64,000 nucleotides of DNA, taken from sequence record OR844650.1; one strand, 5' to 3'. Below the pieces are notes generated by a model. That model had not been told where the DNA came from. It worked only from the letters and a program-made list of their open reading frames with translations, and did not search any database. Of the stretch, positions 44,240 through 54,853 are shown piece by piece. The first letter of the stretch is position 1. Every line of letters begins with the position of its first letter. A program made the position numbers and the translations under genes.

Positions 44240-45382
44240 ATGTTACCTTTTGTGAGGATGGTTAAGTTCGGGAATATTGCACCTGCACAAATAGGTAGAT
44301 ATAAAATATACAGTTCATCTTCTTCAATATTTTTATTGGATACCCAAAAACACAATTTGTATAGTACATCGAACATTAATTATACTAGTGGTACAGGTAA
44401 TGTTGAGCCTAAATTTGTGTTAAGTGCAACTAATGTTAAAAGATTATTACTTTCAGATAATAGTTGTGCAATGCAAATATATGAAGATATGAATGGACGT
44501 GCAGCGATGTGTGGTACAAGAACTGCATATAGTGGGGTTACAAATGATAATGTACTGGTATGGACGGATTGCACTACATGGTTCACAAATGTAGGGTTGA
44601 ATGTATCAGATATTCAGTACATGTCTGGTTTTTATAATTTGAAACTAAACATAGTTATGAATAATGGTGATTTGTGGTGTAGTGGGAAAAACAACACTAC
44701 TACTATGTCATCATTTGGTAATGGCACAAATATCGATTCATTTAATCAGTTTACCAAAATAACAACCATATCAAATGTTATTAAAGCAACCGGAAATATA
44801 TACTTATGTGCAGATAATACTTTATGGGGATGTGGTTTAAACTCTTATTATCAGTTAGGGACAGGTACTCAAACATCCAGTATTAATTTGATTATGATGG
44901 CTTCTAATGTTATCGACTCTAATGTTGGTCTTCAAAATACTTATTACTTGACTAATAATAAAGAACTTTATGGTTGTGGTACACAATTTGGTACAACTTA
45001 CGGGAATGAATTTGGAACAGGAAGGCAGGGAACAGCAATACAGTATAAGACTCCTACTATAATTTTCACAAATGCAGATGGTATGGCTGTTTGTGTCGGT
45101 AATATGTCTACTCATGTTATTCAATATGATAAAGTTTTTAGTTCTGGTAATAATGCCCTTGCACAGTTAGGTGTAGGCAACCGTGACAATGTGTACACAT
45201 ATACACAATCATTTGATAATTTCAAAATGGATTCTTCTATAGTACGTGCAAACGTTGGAACATTGATACTGACAGCAGACAATAAGTTATATTACAGTGG
45301 GCGAAATGATGTTGTTATGGGTGGAACAAGCACACAATACACAATGGTTTTCAGTGAAGTTAATATGTCATTTATACAATGA
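44240..45382 (+). CDS. MLPF-leader RCC1-like protein 5
   Basis: 380 aa; close paralogue of protein 1. Confidence 0.85.
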   Translation: MLPFVRMVKFGNIAPAQIGRYKIYSSSSSIFLLDTQKHNLYSTSNINYTSGTGNVEPKFVLSATNVKRLLLSDNSCAMQIYEDMNGRAAMCGTRTAYSGVTNDNVLVWTDCTTWFTNVGLNVSDIQYMSGFYNLKLNIVMNNGDLWCSGKNNTTTMSSFGNGTNIDSFNQFTKITTISNVIKATGNIYLCADNTLWGCGLNSYYQLGTGTQTSSINLIMMASNVIDSNVGLQNTYYLTNNKELYGCGTQFGTTYGNEFGTGRQGTAIQYKTPTIIFTNADGMAVCVGNMSTHVIQYDKVFSSGNNALAQLGVGNRDNVYTYTQSFDNFKMDSSIVRANVGTLILTADNKLYYSGRNDVVMGGTSTQYTMVFSEVNMSFIQ

Positions 45383-45388
45383 ATTAAT

Positions 45389-45453
45389 GCCAGTACTCAA
45401 GTACTGGCTTTTATTTTTTATTAAATATAGTATAATGAATAAAGGAGGGAAAT
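45389..45453 (+). promoter_or_regulatory. Terminator + TAAATA promoter + RBS cassette
   Basis: GCCAGTAC-TCAA-GTACTGGC. Confidence 0.85.
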
Positions 45454-46656
45454 ATGTTACCTTTTGCTAGAATGGTTAAGTACGCGAATATTGCACCAGG
45501 GCCAGAACCTATAGAGTTCTCAAATGTTTTACAACAACATTATACAAACTGTATGTATCTACATAGCCCAACTAATACTTTATATGGTTATGGTAGTAAT
45601 AACTTTTATCAATTTGGTCTTGGGAATTCAGCAGCAGTTGCGTCATTTACAGTACTTGCAACGCGATGTGCAGCCTTTTGGCTTGGTGTTCAAGGTTCAT
45701 TGATGATTGATTTGGATAATAAAATATACTACACTGGGTCGGTTGGTGCATTTTCTGATTATGGAGATGCAACACCTGTTAATGGTTATTTGAGAACATG
45801 GACTGATGTTACTGCTTCATTTAATAAAATTGGTGTTATGGCTAATATGATCAAGTGTGTGTATATAGGTGAAAGTACTAGAATATTATTAACCGATGGT
45901 AGAGTAATTGCGTGTGGAAGAAATACCAATGGTGAATGTGGGTCTGGTAATCAAAATTCCATACCTACACTAACAGTTATGACTAATATGGGTGAAGTTA
46001 CACATATGGCATGTTCATTACAAGGAACGCACTATATTAAATCAAATAAAAAGGCATGGTTTTGTGGTAAGGATAACTTCGGTGAAAGTGGTTGTGGTGC
46101 TAGTTCTATGATATATTTGAACAAATATGTGATGAGTGATGTCGAACATATTAGTACTACATACGATGTTACTTGGTGGTTTACTACTGGTGGGCCTGTA
46201 TATTATAGCGGGGCTAACAGTACTGGACAAGCTGGTAATGGTACGACTACATCGGTAAATCAGCTAACACCAATTAGGAACACATCGGTCACGGTTGATG
46301 TAAGTAAGTACAGTACTTTTATTTGTCCAAGTAATATGGGAAATGCATCAATTGGTGCACCTATGGCACAATACGCACCATATGTTAGAAGTAGTGGTGC
46401 TAACGGATACGGTCAAGAAGGTAATGGAACTAATACATTAGTTAGGACTTGGAATATTTTTAATCTTAATGCAATAAGTGGTGGTTATGACAATGTTCTT
46501 ATGGCATCTAAAGATTGGAGCAGAACCATAATAATTACTAAAGATTATAAATTATATGCATGTGGTGGCTGGAATGGTAATGGTGGTAGATTGCCTGATG
46601 GCACTTATAGTATTACTACACTAACATTAATGCCAACGCAGTTATGGCAACAATAG
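45454..46656 (+). CDS. MLPF-leader RCC1-like protein 6
   Basis: 400 aa; CGRNTNGECGSG, SGANSTGQAGNG. Confidence 0.85.
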   Translation: MLPFARMVKYANIAPGPEPIEFSNVLQQHYTNCMYLHSPTNTLYGYGSNNFYQFGLGNSAAVASFTVLATRCAAFWLGVQGSLMIDLDNKIYYTGSVGAFSDYGDATPVNGYLRTWTDVTASFNKIGVMANMIKCVYIGESTRILLTDGRVIACGRNTNGECGSGNQNSIPTLTVMTNMGEVTHMACSLQGTHYIKSNKKAWFCGKDNFGESGCGASSMIYLNKYVMSDVEHISTTYDVTWWFTTGGPVYYSGANSTGQAGNGTTTSVNQLTPIRNTSVTVDVSKYSTFICPSNMGNASIGAPMAQYAPYVRSSGANGYGQEGNGTNTLVRTWNIFNLNAISGGYDNVLMASKDWSRTIIITKDYKLYACGGWNGNGGRLPDGTYSITTLTLMPTQLWQQ

Positions 46657-46664
46657 GAGGAATT

Positions 46665-47774
46665 ATGTTACCTTTTGTAAGACTATTTGATTATGGGAAT
46701 ATTACACCTGGTCCTAAAAATATAATAAAAGTTGGTGCTTCTACACAAGGTCAATTCGTATTGACTGATTCACATGAATTATATTACATAGGCAGAAATC
46801 AAGGTGGTGAATCTGGAAATGGTAATAAAAACACGGTATCTTCTTGGACATTAGTAAGTGCAGATGTTTCTAATTTTTTCACTGGAGGACGAACACTTGT
46901 TATTATTAAAAATGACAATACGATATGGACATCAGGTGAAACATATTGGTTCACATCATCAACAACAACTTCTTACAGTACTACATTAGTTGATAGAACG
47001 GAGTGGTTTACAAATACAATTCCTGTGAATCAAATTGCTAATATTGTATGCAATGGTGGTGTAATATTTGTACTCAGTTCAAGTTCAGTACTCTATGGTG
47101 CTGGGGCTAATGGATACCGTGGTGTATTGGGGATTGGTTCTTCATCAATATATACATTAACACTATGTGCTTCTAATGTGCGTAAAGTTATGTCTACTCC
47201 TAATGATAGTATGTATATTAGCATAGATAATAAGTTATATAGTTCAGGGTGGAATGACCGTGGATTACATGGCACAGGGAACAGAACACAAGTTAACATT
47301 TGGGGACTGCGTAGTTCTGGTGTAATAGATGCAGCTATTGGTGGACATACACTCAATTACTATAATGGTACATCATATTTCACATGTGGTACAACTCCAA
47401 ACTTTCTTAGTTCAGATTCAACTACATTCAAAGCAGTTCCTGTAAGTACTTTACCTAATAATTCACCTTTGTTTATGACAAATTCAGAGGCAACAAGCAC
47501 GGCTACGCAAATTATATTAACTAGTGCATATCAGAAAGGTATTGGGGGAAACCGTGGTTTGGGATTAAACAATTCTCAAACGGGTGCTATCTATAGTGCT
47601 GCTAATTTACAATTACCTGTAGAAGTTAGTGAGATTAGTGATGTTGCTTTTAGTGACGGATTAACATCATTATTAACCAAAGACGGGAATGTATATAGTA
47701 CTGGATCGTATTACGCCATTCCAGGTGCAAGTGCAGATGTTGCAGTCTTTACTAAAATTGATTTACCAAAATAA
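46665..47774 (+). CDS. MLPF-leader RCC1-like protein 7
   Basis: 369 aa; IGRNQGGESGNG. Confidence 0.85.
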   Translation: MLPFVRLFDYGNITPGPKNIIKVGASTQGQFVLTDSHELYYIGRNQGGESGNGNKNTVSSWTLVSADVSNFFTGGRTLVIIKNDNTIWTSGETYWFTSSTTTSYSTTLVDRTEWFTNTIPVNQIANIVCNGGVIFVLSSSSVLYGAGANGYRGVLGIGSSSIYTLTLCASNVRKVMSTPNDSMYISIDNKLYSSGWNDRGLHGTGNRTQVNIWGLRSSGVIDAAIGGHTLNYYNGTSYFTCGTTPNFLSSDSTTFKAVPVSTLPNNSPLFMTNSEATSTATQIILTSAYQKGIGGNRGLGLNNSQTGAIYSAANLQLPVEVSEISDVAFSDGLTSLLTKDGNVYSTGSYYAIPGASADVAVFTKIDLPK

Positions 47775-47780
47775 CATAAT

Positions 47781-47844
47781 GCCAGTACTCAGTACTGGCT
47801 TTTCTTTTTTATTAAATATAGTATAATGAATAAAGGAGGAATAT
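47781..47844 (+). promoter_or_regulatory. Terminator + TAAATA promoter + RBS cassette
   Basis: Same repeat. Confidence 0.85.
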
Positions 47845-49024
47845 ATGTTACCTTTTGTTAGATTATTTGATTATGGGAATATTGCCCCTGTCAAAGATAC
47901 TGTTGTTAAAATTAATAGTGATGAAAATTCAATAAGCGTATTATACAGTGATGGGTCATTATATATGCGTGGACGGAAACCAATCAGCAAAAATGGGAGT
48001 TACTGGTTCATCTTTTTTGGATAGATGGGTTTTATGTCCTTATAGTGTTGATGATTTCTGGAGTTCTCTATATTGTACTATAATTAGAACAAAACAAGGG
48101 GAATTGTACTATAGTGGGACTAACTCAGTTTTTGGTATATCATCTTCGGTTTCAACATGGACTCGTTGTGAATCATATTTTGGATCTATTTCTCCGAGTT
48201 CAATAAAAGATATAAAAATAACATCATCAACCGGAACTAACAATTCCATGTTAATACTAACAAGTGACGGGCAGTTATATGGTATAGGCATGAATGGTGC
48301 AAGTGAATTGGGTACAGCAACTGCACCAATTACATCTCCACTCTTAATTGACACTAGTGTATCTGCAATTGCATCTAGTGAAATGAGCAGAAACTTTCAC
48401 TATATAAAAGATGGTATATATTATCGTTGTGGTGAGAATACTTTTTATCAATTAGGAACCGGTGATAATAAGCCTATTACTAGTTTTACTGCATTGAATC
48501 TTGGTAGTTCTCATGTAATTGCAGTACAAGCTACACGATGGGTAACACGTTTGATTGTTCAAAGTAGTACATCTGCTTTGTCTTTAATGGCGGCTGGTTG
48601 GAACACACAGTTGACTATAGGTGGTTCTGAAAATACTGGTATAATAAGGTCATCATTTACTACCAATCCCTATACCGATATAACAGCAAATTCATTCGAT
48701 AAACTTTCACCAGTATCCTATGTTAATGCAATAAAATCCAGTACTAACATTATTAATACGAATGGTAAGGGATATAATTCTAATGGTGCTGGTTTAGGCC
48801 GCAACGCAGTCTCTGGGAATTATGGTTCAATATTACCAATAGAATTCTTTGATGATAGTGTTGACTTATCACATGTTGAGTGGTTTGGTACGATTGGTAA
48901 TGGTTCAGTATCGGTAGTTAGTATAGGTGAGGATTTATACTGGACTGGAAACCCTGGGTATTTTACTGAACAAGGTGAGACTGGATATATATATAAATTC
49001 AAAAAGTGCGTTCCTTTTAGATAA
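47845..49024 (+). pseudogene. MLPF-leader RCC1-like protein 8, +1 frameshift
   Basis: ATG 47845 reads MLPFVRLFDYGN and stops at 48024; deleting one A at 47977-47979 gives MRGRNQSAKMG and a 392 aa product paralogous to protein 15. Confidence 0.75.
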
Positions 49025-49029
49025 ACACA

Positions 49030-49094
49030 ATGCCAGTACTTGAGTACTGGCATTCTTTTTGATTAAATATAGTATAATGAATAAAGGAGGAAAT
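49030..49094 (+). promoter_or_regulatory. Terminator + TAAATA promoter + RBS cassette
   Basis: Same repeat. Confidence 0.85.
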
Positions 49095-50249
49095 ATGTTA
49101 CCTTTTGTTAGAATGTTTGATTATGGGAATGAAGCACCTGTACCAGTTGGTATAAAGATGGTAAAAGTTTTACAGAATAATGTGTTTATTTTATTAGAAG
49201 ACGGAAGATTATATGGCAGAGGGCATAATTTTTACTATCAATTAGGTACTGGTAGTAGTTCTCCTACTATAGTTGAAGAGTGGGTTTTATGTTTAACTGA
49301 TGTAAAGGAATTTTGGACTACTGGTGATACACAAGGAATATTAGTACGTAAAAATGATGGCACATGGTGGAGTACTGGTACTCAAATCTATCGTGGTGTT
49401 AATACTACTTATCGTGTATGGACAGAAATACTTGGTATTTTTAATAATGTGAATGACACATATAGTAAAATAGTTATAGGAAACGGCGTTACATTATTAT
49501 TAACAATAGATAATAAATTATATAAGATGGGTGACAATAACAACGGTGAAGTTTTTACTGGGGCTGTTGGACAAAGAGTATCAGTACTGACATTGACACC
49601 TGAAGTTGATGTTAAAGATATTGGTGTAACCGCGAATAATGCTTCATTTGTATTATACAATGATGGGACATTAAAGTACAGTGGGAATAAATCTAGTATT
49701 GGTTCGACTGGTACGACTAGTACAACTACCACATTGACTACTGTTACTACTGGAGTATTACAGATAAATTCAGAAAATGCATATAGTGCTAATTACGTAT
49801 TAAAGAGTGATGGGCTATATGTATTCGGTTCACAAATAGATGGACAGTTGGGTGATGGCACTGATGGCACTATTAACAGTCTTAGAACAATCACAAAGAT
49901 ACCAGCTTCTAGTATTCCTAGTACTGCGATTGATTACATAGGTGGTTCTAATTATGAAGCACACGTTAGAGCAGGTGGTATATGGTATTTCGCTGGGCGT
50001 GGAAACGCTTCTGGAGATGGAATAACGAACTCTAATGTTATTAAAACATGGCGTGCATGTACTAATATAACTGAACCAGTTCCATATGATAAAATGACAC
50101 ATGGTTATATGATAACATTCATGTTAAAAAACGGTGAATTATATGGTTCAGGGAATGGTAGTAGAACTGCTGGTATGGGTACAATTCCGTATGAAGAAGA
50201 AAATGCCGGAAATACAGGATTATTTAAAAAAATAGTTACACCGAGTTAA
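49095..50249 (+). CDS. MLPF-leader RCC1-like protein 9
   Basis: 384 aa; GRGHNFYYQLGTG. Confidence 0.85.
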   Translation: MLPFVRMFDYGNEAPVPVGIKMVKVLQNNVFILLEDGRLYGRGHNFYYQLGTGSSSPTIVEEWVLCLTDVKEFWTTGDTQGILVRKNDGTWWSTGTQIYRGVNTTYRVWTEILGIFNNVNDTYSKIVIGNGVTLLLTIDNKLYKMGDNNNGEVFTGAVGQRVSVLTLTPEVDVKDIGVTANNASFVLYNDGTLKYSGNKSSIGSTGTTSTTTTLTTVTTGVLQINSENAYSANYVLKSDGLYVFGSQIDGQLGDGTDGTINSLRTITKIPASSIPSTAIDYIGGSNYEAHVRAGGIWYFAGRGNASGDGITNSNVIKTWRACTNITEPVPYDKMTHGYMITFMLKNGELYGSGNGSRTAGMGTIPYEEENAGNTGLFKKIVTPS

Positions 50250-50256
50250 AATTAAA

Positions 50257-50325
50257 ATGCCAGTACTCAAGTACTGGCATTTCTTTTTTTGATTAAATAT
50301 AGTATAATGAATAAAGGAGGAAAAT
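50257..50325 (+). promoter_or_regulatory. Terminator + TAAATA promoter + RBS cassette
   Basis: Same repeat. Confidence 0.85.
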
Positions 50326-51516
50326 ATGTTACCTTTTGTTAGATTGTTTGATTATGGGAATATCACACCTGAACCTCTTCTAATTAAGAAAATAATACCA
50401 ACTGATACTGATGTGGTTGTACTTTATACTGACGGTCAACTATACGCACGAGGAAATAATAGTTATGGGAAGTTCGGTCGCGGAAATAATAATGCAGTAA
50501 GGTCGTGGACATTAATTAGAGAAAATGTCAAAGATTGCTGGATGACACAAGGAACTTTGTTAGTTCAAGATAAGGACTTAAATTATTTTTATTGTGGATA
50601 TGGTGGTCATATTGGTTTAGAAACTAGTACTACATCATTTTTAAGTTATAACCAATATATTGAAAATTTGTACACACAAAGTTCAGGTACTTCAATTAAA
50701 CAGATGTATGCAGGTACTACGTGGTTTACTTTCTTAATGGATAATAATACAATATGGAGTACTGGTTGGAGTGGGGCTAGACAATTCGCTGATGGTACTG
50801 GTAGTACTCAACAAATAACAGATGGATCATTTGTAAAAGCTGTCACGCCTAATGTTGATATTGCACGAATACAGTCAACAAATAGCTGTGTAATGTTTTA
50901 TGATACACAAAATAATTTATATATTGGTGGTAGTACATCAGGTATAAGTACTACTGATACATGGACTCCATACAATCAATATACTTTATATCAGCCAAGT
51001 ACAACATATACAAAAACATTACAATATGTTGTATGTACAATTGGTGCAGTCAGTGCTTTAGTGGAGAATCCAAGTACAGGAGCACGTCAGTTCCTAGTGG
51101 GTGGGAACGCCAATAATGGGGCATGGGGTAATAACACTACGTCTAGTACAGCACGAGCAGTATTAGGAAATAATAGTACAACCTTACCACCCGGTACTTT
51201 GTATTCAATTCATACTGGATACCCAGCACAATCTAGTATACTAGTTACGAGTTCTGGTGTATATGCAACAGGTTTAAATGCGAGTAGTTATGCTGGTTCA
51301 TTGGGTGTTGGTTCTAATGTTACCATTGGTAAATTTACTGCATGTCCATTGCCGTCAGAAATAACATATTCTATGTATGATAAAATAAAAATATATCGAG
51401 GGTCGTTACGTACTTTCCTAACTGCTGATATGAAAAATATATATTCAACCGGAACTTATGATGATGGTGGTCCTAGTACAAATAGATATGTACTTGATAC
51501 TCCAAGACAACTATAA
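50326..51516 (+). CDS. MLPF-leader RCC1-like protein 10
   Basis: 396 aa; RGNNSYGKFGRG. Confidence 0.85.
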   Translation: MLPFVRLFDYGNITPEPLLIKKIIPTDTDVVVLYTDGQLYARGNNSYGKFGRGNNNAVRSWTLIRENVKDCWMTQGTLLVQDKDLNYFYCGYGGHIGLETSTTSFLSYNQYIENLYTQSSGTSIKQMYAGTTWFTFLMDNNTIWSTGWSGARQFADGTGSTQQITDGSFVKAVTPNVDIARIQSTNSCVMFYDTQNNLYIGGSTSGISTTDTWTPYNQYTLYQPSTTYTKTLQYVVCTIGAVSALVENPSTGARQFLVGGNANNGAWGNNTTSSTARAVLGNNSTTLPPGTLYSIHTGYPAQSSILVTSSGVYATGLNASSYAGSLGVGSNVTIGKFTACPLPSEITYSMYDKIKIYRGSLRTFLTADMKNIYSTGTYDDGGPSTNRYVLDTPRQL

Positions 51517-51523
51517 CAATAAT

Positions 51524-51589
51524 GCCAGTACTTTGTACTGGCTTTTATTTTTTTTGATTAAATATAGTATAATGAATAAAGGAGGAAAT
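51524..51589 (+). promoter_or_regulatory. Terminator + TAAATA promoter + RBS cassette
   Basis: Same repeat. Confidence 0.85.
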
Positions 51590-52777
51590 ATGTTACCTTT
51601 TGCAAGAATGGTTAAGTACGGGAATAAAGTCATTCCATATGTTCCCAATTTTACTAAATTAGTCACCCCAGCAGTTGGTTATTCATTTACATGCACAATG
51701 CTGCTTGATGTAAATGGATCAGTGTGGGCTATGGGTCTTCAGAATGCAGGAATTTTTGGGTTAGGTAATACTACACAGGTTACTGAATGGACAAAAATAT
51801 ATAACAATGTTAAAGATTTTTGGTGCAGCACGGGGAATGGTTTTTGTCTAATACGAACAAATGATGATAGATTCTTTTATAGTGGTTTAGATAAATGGCT
51901 AGGTAACAATACAACAAATACTGTAACAACATTCACTGAATGTACGAGTTATTTTACACAATTTGGTATTTCAAAAATCAAAGAGATATATGTAGGTCTT
52001 GATTATGCTTTGATTTTAGGTACTGATAATAGTTTATATTTGTTAGGTGATAATAAAAATTCAAAGTTTGGTTTAAACACTGCATCATATTTTAATAAAT
52101 TTACATTTTTAGTCGATAATGTTAAAAAATTCTGTTCATCCATCACACCATCTAACTGGATTATTAAACTAGATAATACAATATGGCGTACTGGGACAAC
52201 ATCTCATGGAACGTTGGGAAATGGAGTTCAAAACACATATATATTTCCTTGGGTTCAATATAAGGGCACACCTGTTACCGAAGCTATAGACGTTTTTTGT
52301 AGTGCGAGTTATATTGGTATTATAACTAAAGGTACACCAGAATCATGTCCTATGTATACACTAGGCTATCAAGCTGATGGTCAGTTGGGTAATAATACTA
52401 CAGCAGGGGGTTATAAATTAACGCCAACATTATCGAAAACCGTTCCAGATGATAGTGAATTCATTCGAATTGAAAACATCTCATCCCGTGGTCTGGTATA
52501 TTATAGCTCTGGTAAAATTTATAGTACTGGTTATAATAACAATGGTCAGTTGGCAAATAATACTAAAATCAATTCTGGTTCATTTGTTGAAGCAATTTTA
52601 CCTAATGGTGTTAACTTTAAGAAAAGTGAATCACTTGTAGCTGGGAACGATGCAACGTTGTATATGTACATTAATAATAAATTATACTACGCGGGGAAAT
52701 CTCCTGATAATATTTCAGCAAGTAGTTCGTCTGTCATGAAAGAATTCCCACTTCCAACAATTAATGCCAGTACTTGA
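51590..52777 (+). CDS. MLPF-leader RCC1-like protein 11
   Basis: 395 aa; TGYNNNGQLAN; stop codon lies inside the next terminator stem. Confidence 0.85.
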   Translation: MLPFARMVKYGNKVIPYVPNFTKLVTPAVGYSFTCTMLLDVNGSVWAMGLQNAGIFGLGNTTQVTEWTKIYNNVKDFWCSTGNGFCLIRTNDDRFFYSGLDKWLGNNTTNTVTTFTECTSYFTQFGISKIKEIYVGLDYALILGTDNSLYLLGDNKNSKFGLNTASYFNKFTFLVDNVKKFCSSITPSNWIIKLDNTIWRTGTTSHGTLGNGVQNTYIFPWVQYKGTPVTEAIDVFCSASYIGIITKGTPESCPMYTLGYQADGQLGNNTTAGGYKLTPTLSKTVPDDSEFIRIENISSRGLVYYSSGKIYSTGYNNNGQLANNTKINSGSFVEAILPNGVNFKKSESLVAGNDATLYMYINNKLYYAGKSPDNISASSSSVMKEFPLPTINAST

Positions 52778-52830
52778 TACTGGCTTTCTTATTTGTATTA
52801 AATATAGTATAATGAATAAGGAGGGGAATT
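52766..52830 (+). promoter_or_regulatory. Terminator + TAAATA promoter + RBS cassette
   Basis: Identical to 53980-54044. Confidence 0.85.
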
Positions 52831-53973
52831 ATGTTACCTTTTGCAAGAATGGTTAAGTACGGGAATATAGCACCAGTTCCAGTAGTTCCTACAATAAAAG
52901 ATTTTAAGATTGGCTTTTCACATGAAGTGTTATTGGACAGTGCAGGTGATGCATGGGGTATTGGATACAATACAGATGGGCAGTTAGGCTTTTTGGATGC
53001 AAATACAAATTCACTAGGTGCGTGGTCTAAGATATATACTGATGTTCGATTAATTGGAGTTACTGCTAGATATACAGTGGTAGTTACTAATAATAATAGA
53101 ATACTATATGCAGGAAATAACTTAATTTCTAGTACTACTACTCTTGGGTGGACCGATATAACTGCCAGTATGGGTCCGGTTGCGGTGGATAGCATCGATG
53201 CATTATATTGCACAGATGGTATGATGCATATTAAAACTTCAGATGGTTCTTTATATGCATATGGTCGTAACATGAACGCAAACAGTGGTGTTACTGGCGG
53301 TGTTATTAGTGTTGCAACTAAGGTTAATTTGCCTTCTGCTGTAAATGACATGCGATATACGTTTAGTTATGGTTCAGTACTATGTCGCTTGGATACAACT
53401 TCTATATACGCATGGGGACGAAACACAAATGGTGAATTAGGCCAGGGTAATACAACAGCTATCGTTACACCAAAACTATTGTCTGGTGCTTCTATTGCAA
53501 TGGGTACTTCGTATAATGCTACTGCAATTGTTTCTGGTTCTGCATTGTTGCTTACATGTGGTGGACAAAGCAGTGGGCAGTTAGGTAATGGTATTACAAC
53601 TGATGGTAATGTATACACCTTTGGTGTCAGGACATACCCAGGCGATCTTAATACAATAAGAAGTCCAGTGGATTGCAGTACAACTTACACCTCTGCATTT
53701 ATGAGTCCAGATGGTATATATTACACTGGTGCTAACCGAAGTATGTTTGGTGGTATTAGTGGTGCTTCTACCGTTGCTGTATATACTAAATGTAGTGATT
53801 TACCAATAACATATTCTAATATAATTCAGTGGAGTAGTGGTACTATAGGTGGTGCTATATGTAGTAGTACAGAGTTATACCAATGTGGTATAGGTAGATA
53901 CATTGCTGGTGATGGTGCGAGCACAACCAGGTATGGATTTAGGAAGACACCATTACCTTGGGATACTTATTGA
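52831..53973 (+). CDS. MLPF-leader RCC1-like protein 12
   Basis: 380 aa; WGRNTNGELGQG. Confidence 0.85.
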   Translation: MLPFARMVKYGNIAPVPVVPTIKDFKIGFSHEVLLDSAGDAWGIGYNTDGQLGFLDANTNSLGAWSKIYTDVRLIGVTARYTVVVTNNNRILYAGNNLISSTTTLGWTDITASMGPVAVDSIDALYCTDGMMHIKTSDGSLYAYGRNMNANSGVTGGVISVATKVNLPSAVNDMRYTFSYGSVLCRLDTTSIYAWGRNTNGELGQGNTTAIVTPKLLSGASIAMGTSYNATAIVSGSALLLTCGGQSSGQLGNGITTDGNVYTFGVRTYPGDLNTIRSPVDCSTTYTSAFMSPDGIYYTGANRSMFGGISGASTVAVYTKCSDLPITYSNIIQWSSGTIGGAICSSTELYQCGIGRYIAGDGASTTRYGFRKTPLPWDTY

Positions 53974-53979
53974 CATTAC

Positions 53980-54044
53980 GCCAGTACTTGATACTGGCTT
54001 TCTTATTTGTATTAAATATAGTATAATGAATAAGGAGGGGAATT
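53980..54044 (+). promoter_or_regulatory. Terminator + TAAATA promoter + RBS cassette
   Basis: Same repeat. Confidence 0.85.
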
Positions 54045-54782
54045 ATGTTACCTTTTGGAAGAATGGTTAAGTACGGGAATAAAATTGAATATAAGCCACA
54101 TGGTGAACAATTAATCACGACAATAGGAACAACACAATTTACAGTTCCTGCTGGCGTTACCGAAATATCAGTATGTGTTATTTCGCCGGGTGGTCAACGT
54201 GGTGCTGGTGGCGGCTTATCGTGGCGTAATAATATTCCGGTTACTAGTGGTGAGTACTTAAGTGTTTCTCTTACACATCCCAACACTACTACACCAGTTG
54301 AAAACGGTTTATATCGTGGAACTGAAAAACTATGTGTTAGCTTCACTGGTGAATATAGGGTTGGTGGACTAGGTGGGAAAGCTGCTAACGCTATTAATGA
54401 TGGTGGTGGTAATGGGGGCAACGCTGGTGTAAGTGGTGGTGCAGTCATTGGTGGTGGTGCTGGTGGCTACACTGGTAAAGGTGGTAACGGAGATGCAATC
54501 ACTGGTGAAAATGGTGCTGGGGGCGGCGGTGGTGGTGGTGCATTCTATAATACCTCGTTCATTGGTACGGGTGGTGGTACTGGTATCATTGTTCAAGGTG
54601 CTAATGGTATTGGCGGTAGATACGATGGTTCATATAATGGTGGTGCTGGTAGTGGTGGTGCTGGTAAGATGTATGGTGGTGGTGGTAGTATATGGGATAA
54701 TTTTTCTTATACGGCTGCTGGTGGTGGTGCTGTGCGAATAATATGGGGACGTGGGAGATATTATCCTAACAATTCAGTCTAA
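54045..54782 (+). CDS. MLPF-leader glycine-rich protein (virion fibre-type Gly-rich domain), array member 13
   Basis: MLPFGRMVKYGN leader, then GTTQFTVPAGVTEISVCVI..GG and GGGAVRIIWG typical of phage Gly-rich structural domains. Confidence 0.8.
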   Translation: MLPFGRMVKYGNKIEYKPHGEQLITTIGTTQFTVPAGVTEISVCVISPGGQRGAGGGLSWRNNIPVTSGEYLSVSLTHPNTTTPVENGLYRGTEKLCVSFTGEYRVGGLGGKAANAINDGGGNGGNAGVSGGAVIGGGAGGYTGKGGNGDAITGENGAGGGGGGGAFYNTSFIGTGGGTGIIVQGANGIGGRYDGSYNGGAGSGGAGKMYGGGGSIWDNFSYTAAGGGAVRIIWGRGRYYPNNSV

Positions 54783-54789
54783 AATATAG

Positions 54790-54853
54790 GCCAGTACTTG
54801 ATACTGGCTTTCTTATTTGTATTAAATATAGTATAATGAATAAGGAGGGAAAT
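54790..54853 (+). promoter_or_regulatory. Terminator + TAAATA promoter + RBS cassette
   Basis: Same repeat. Confidence 0.85.

Noticed and set aside
40877-54724. Chi octamers at 40877, 54204, 54459 and 54717
   Set aside because: They fall on Ala-Gly-Gly codons (GCT GGT GG) in Gly-rich coding sequence, so were not counted as a signal
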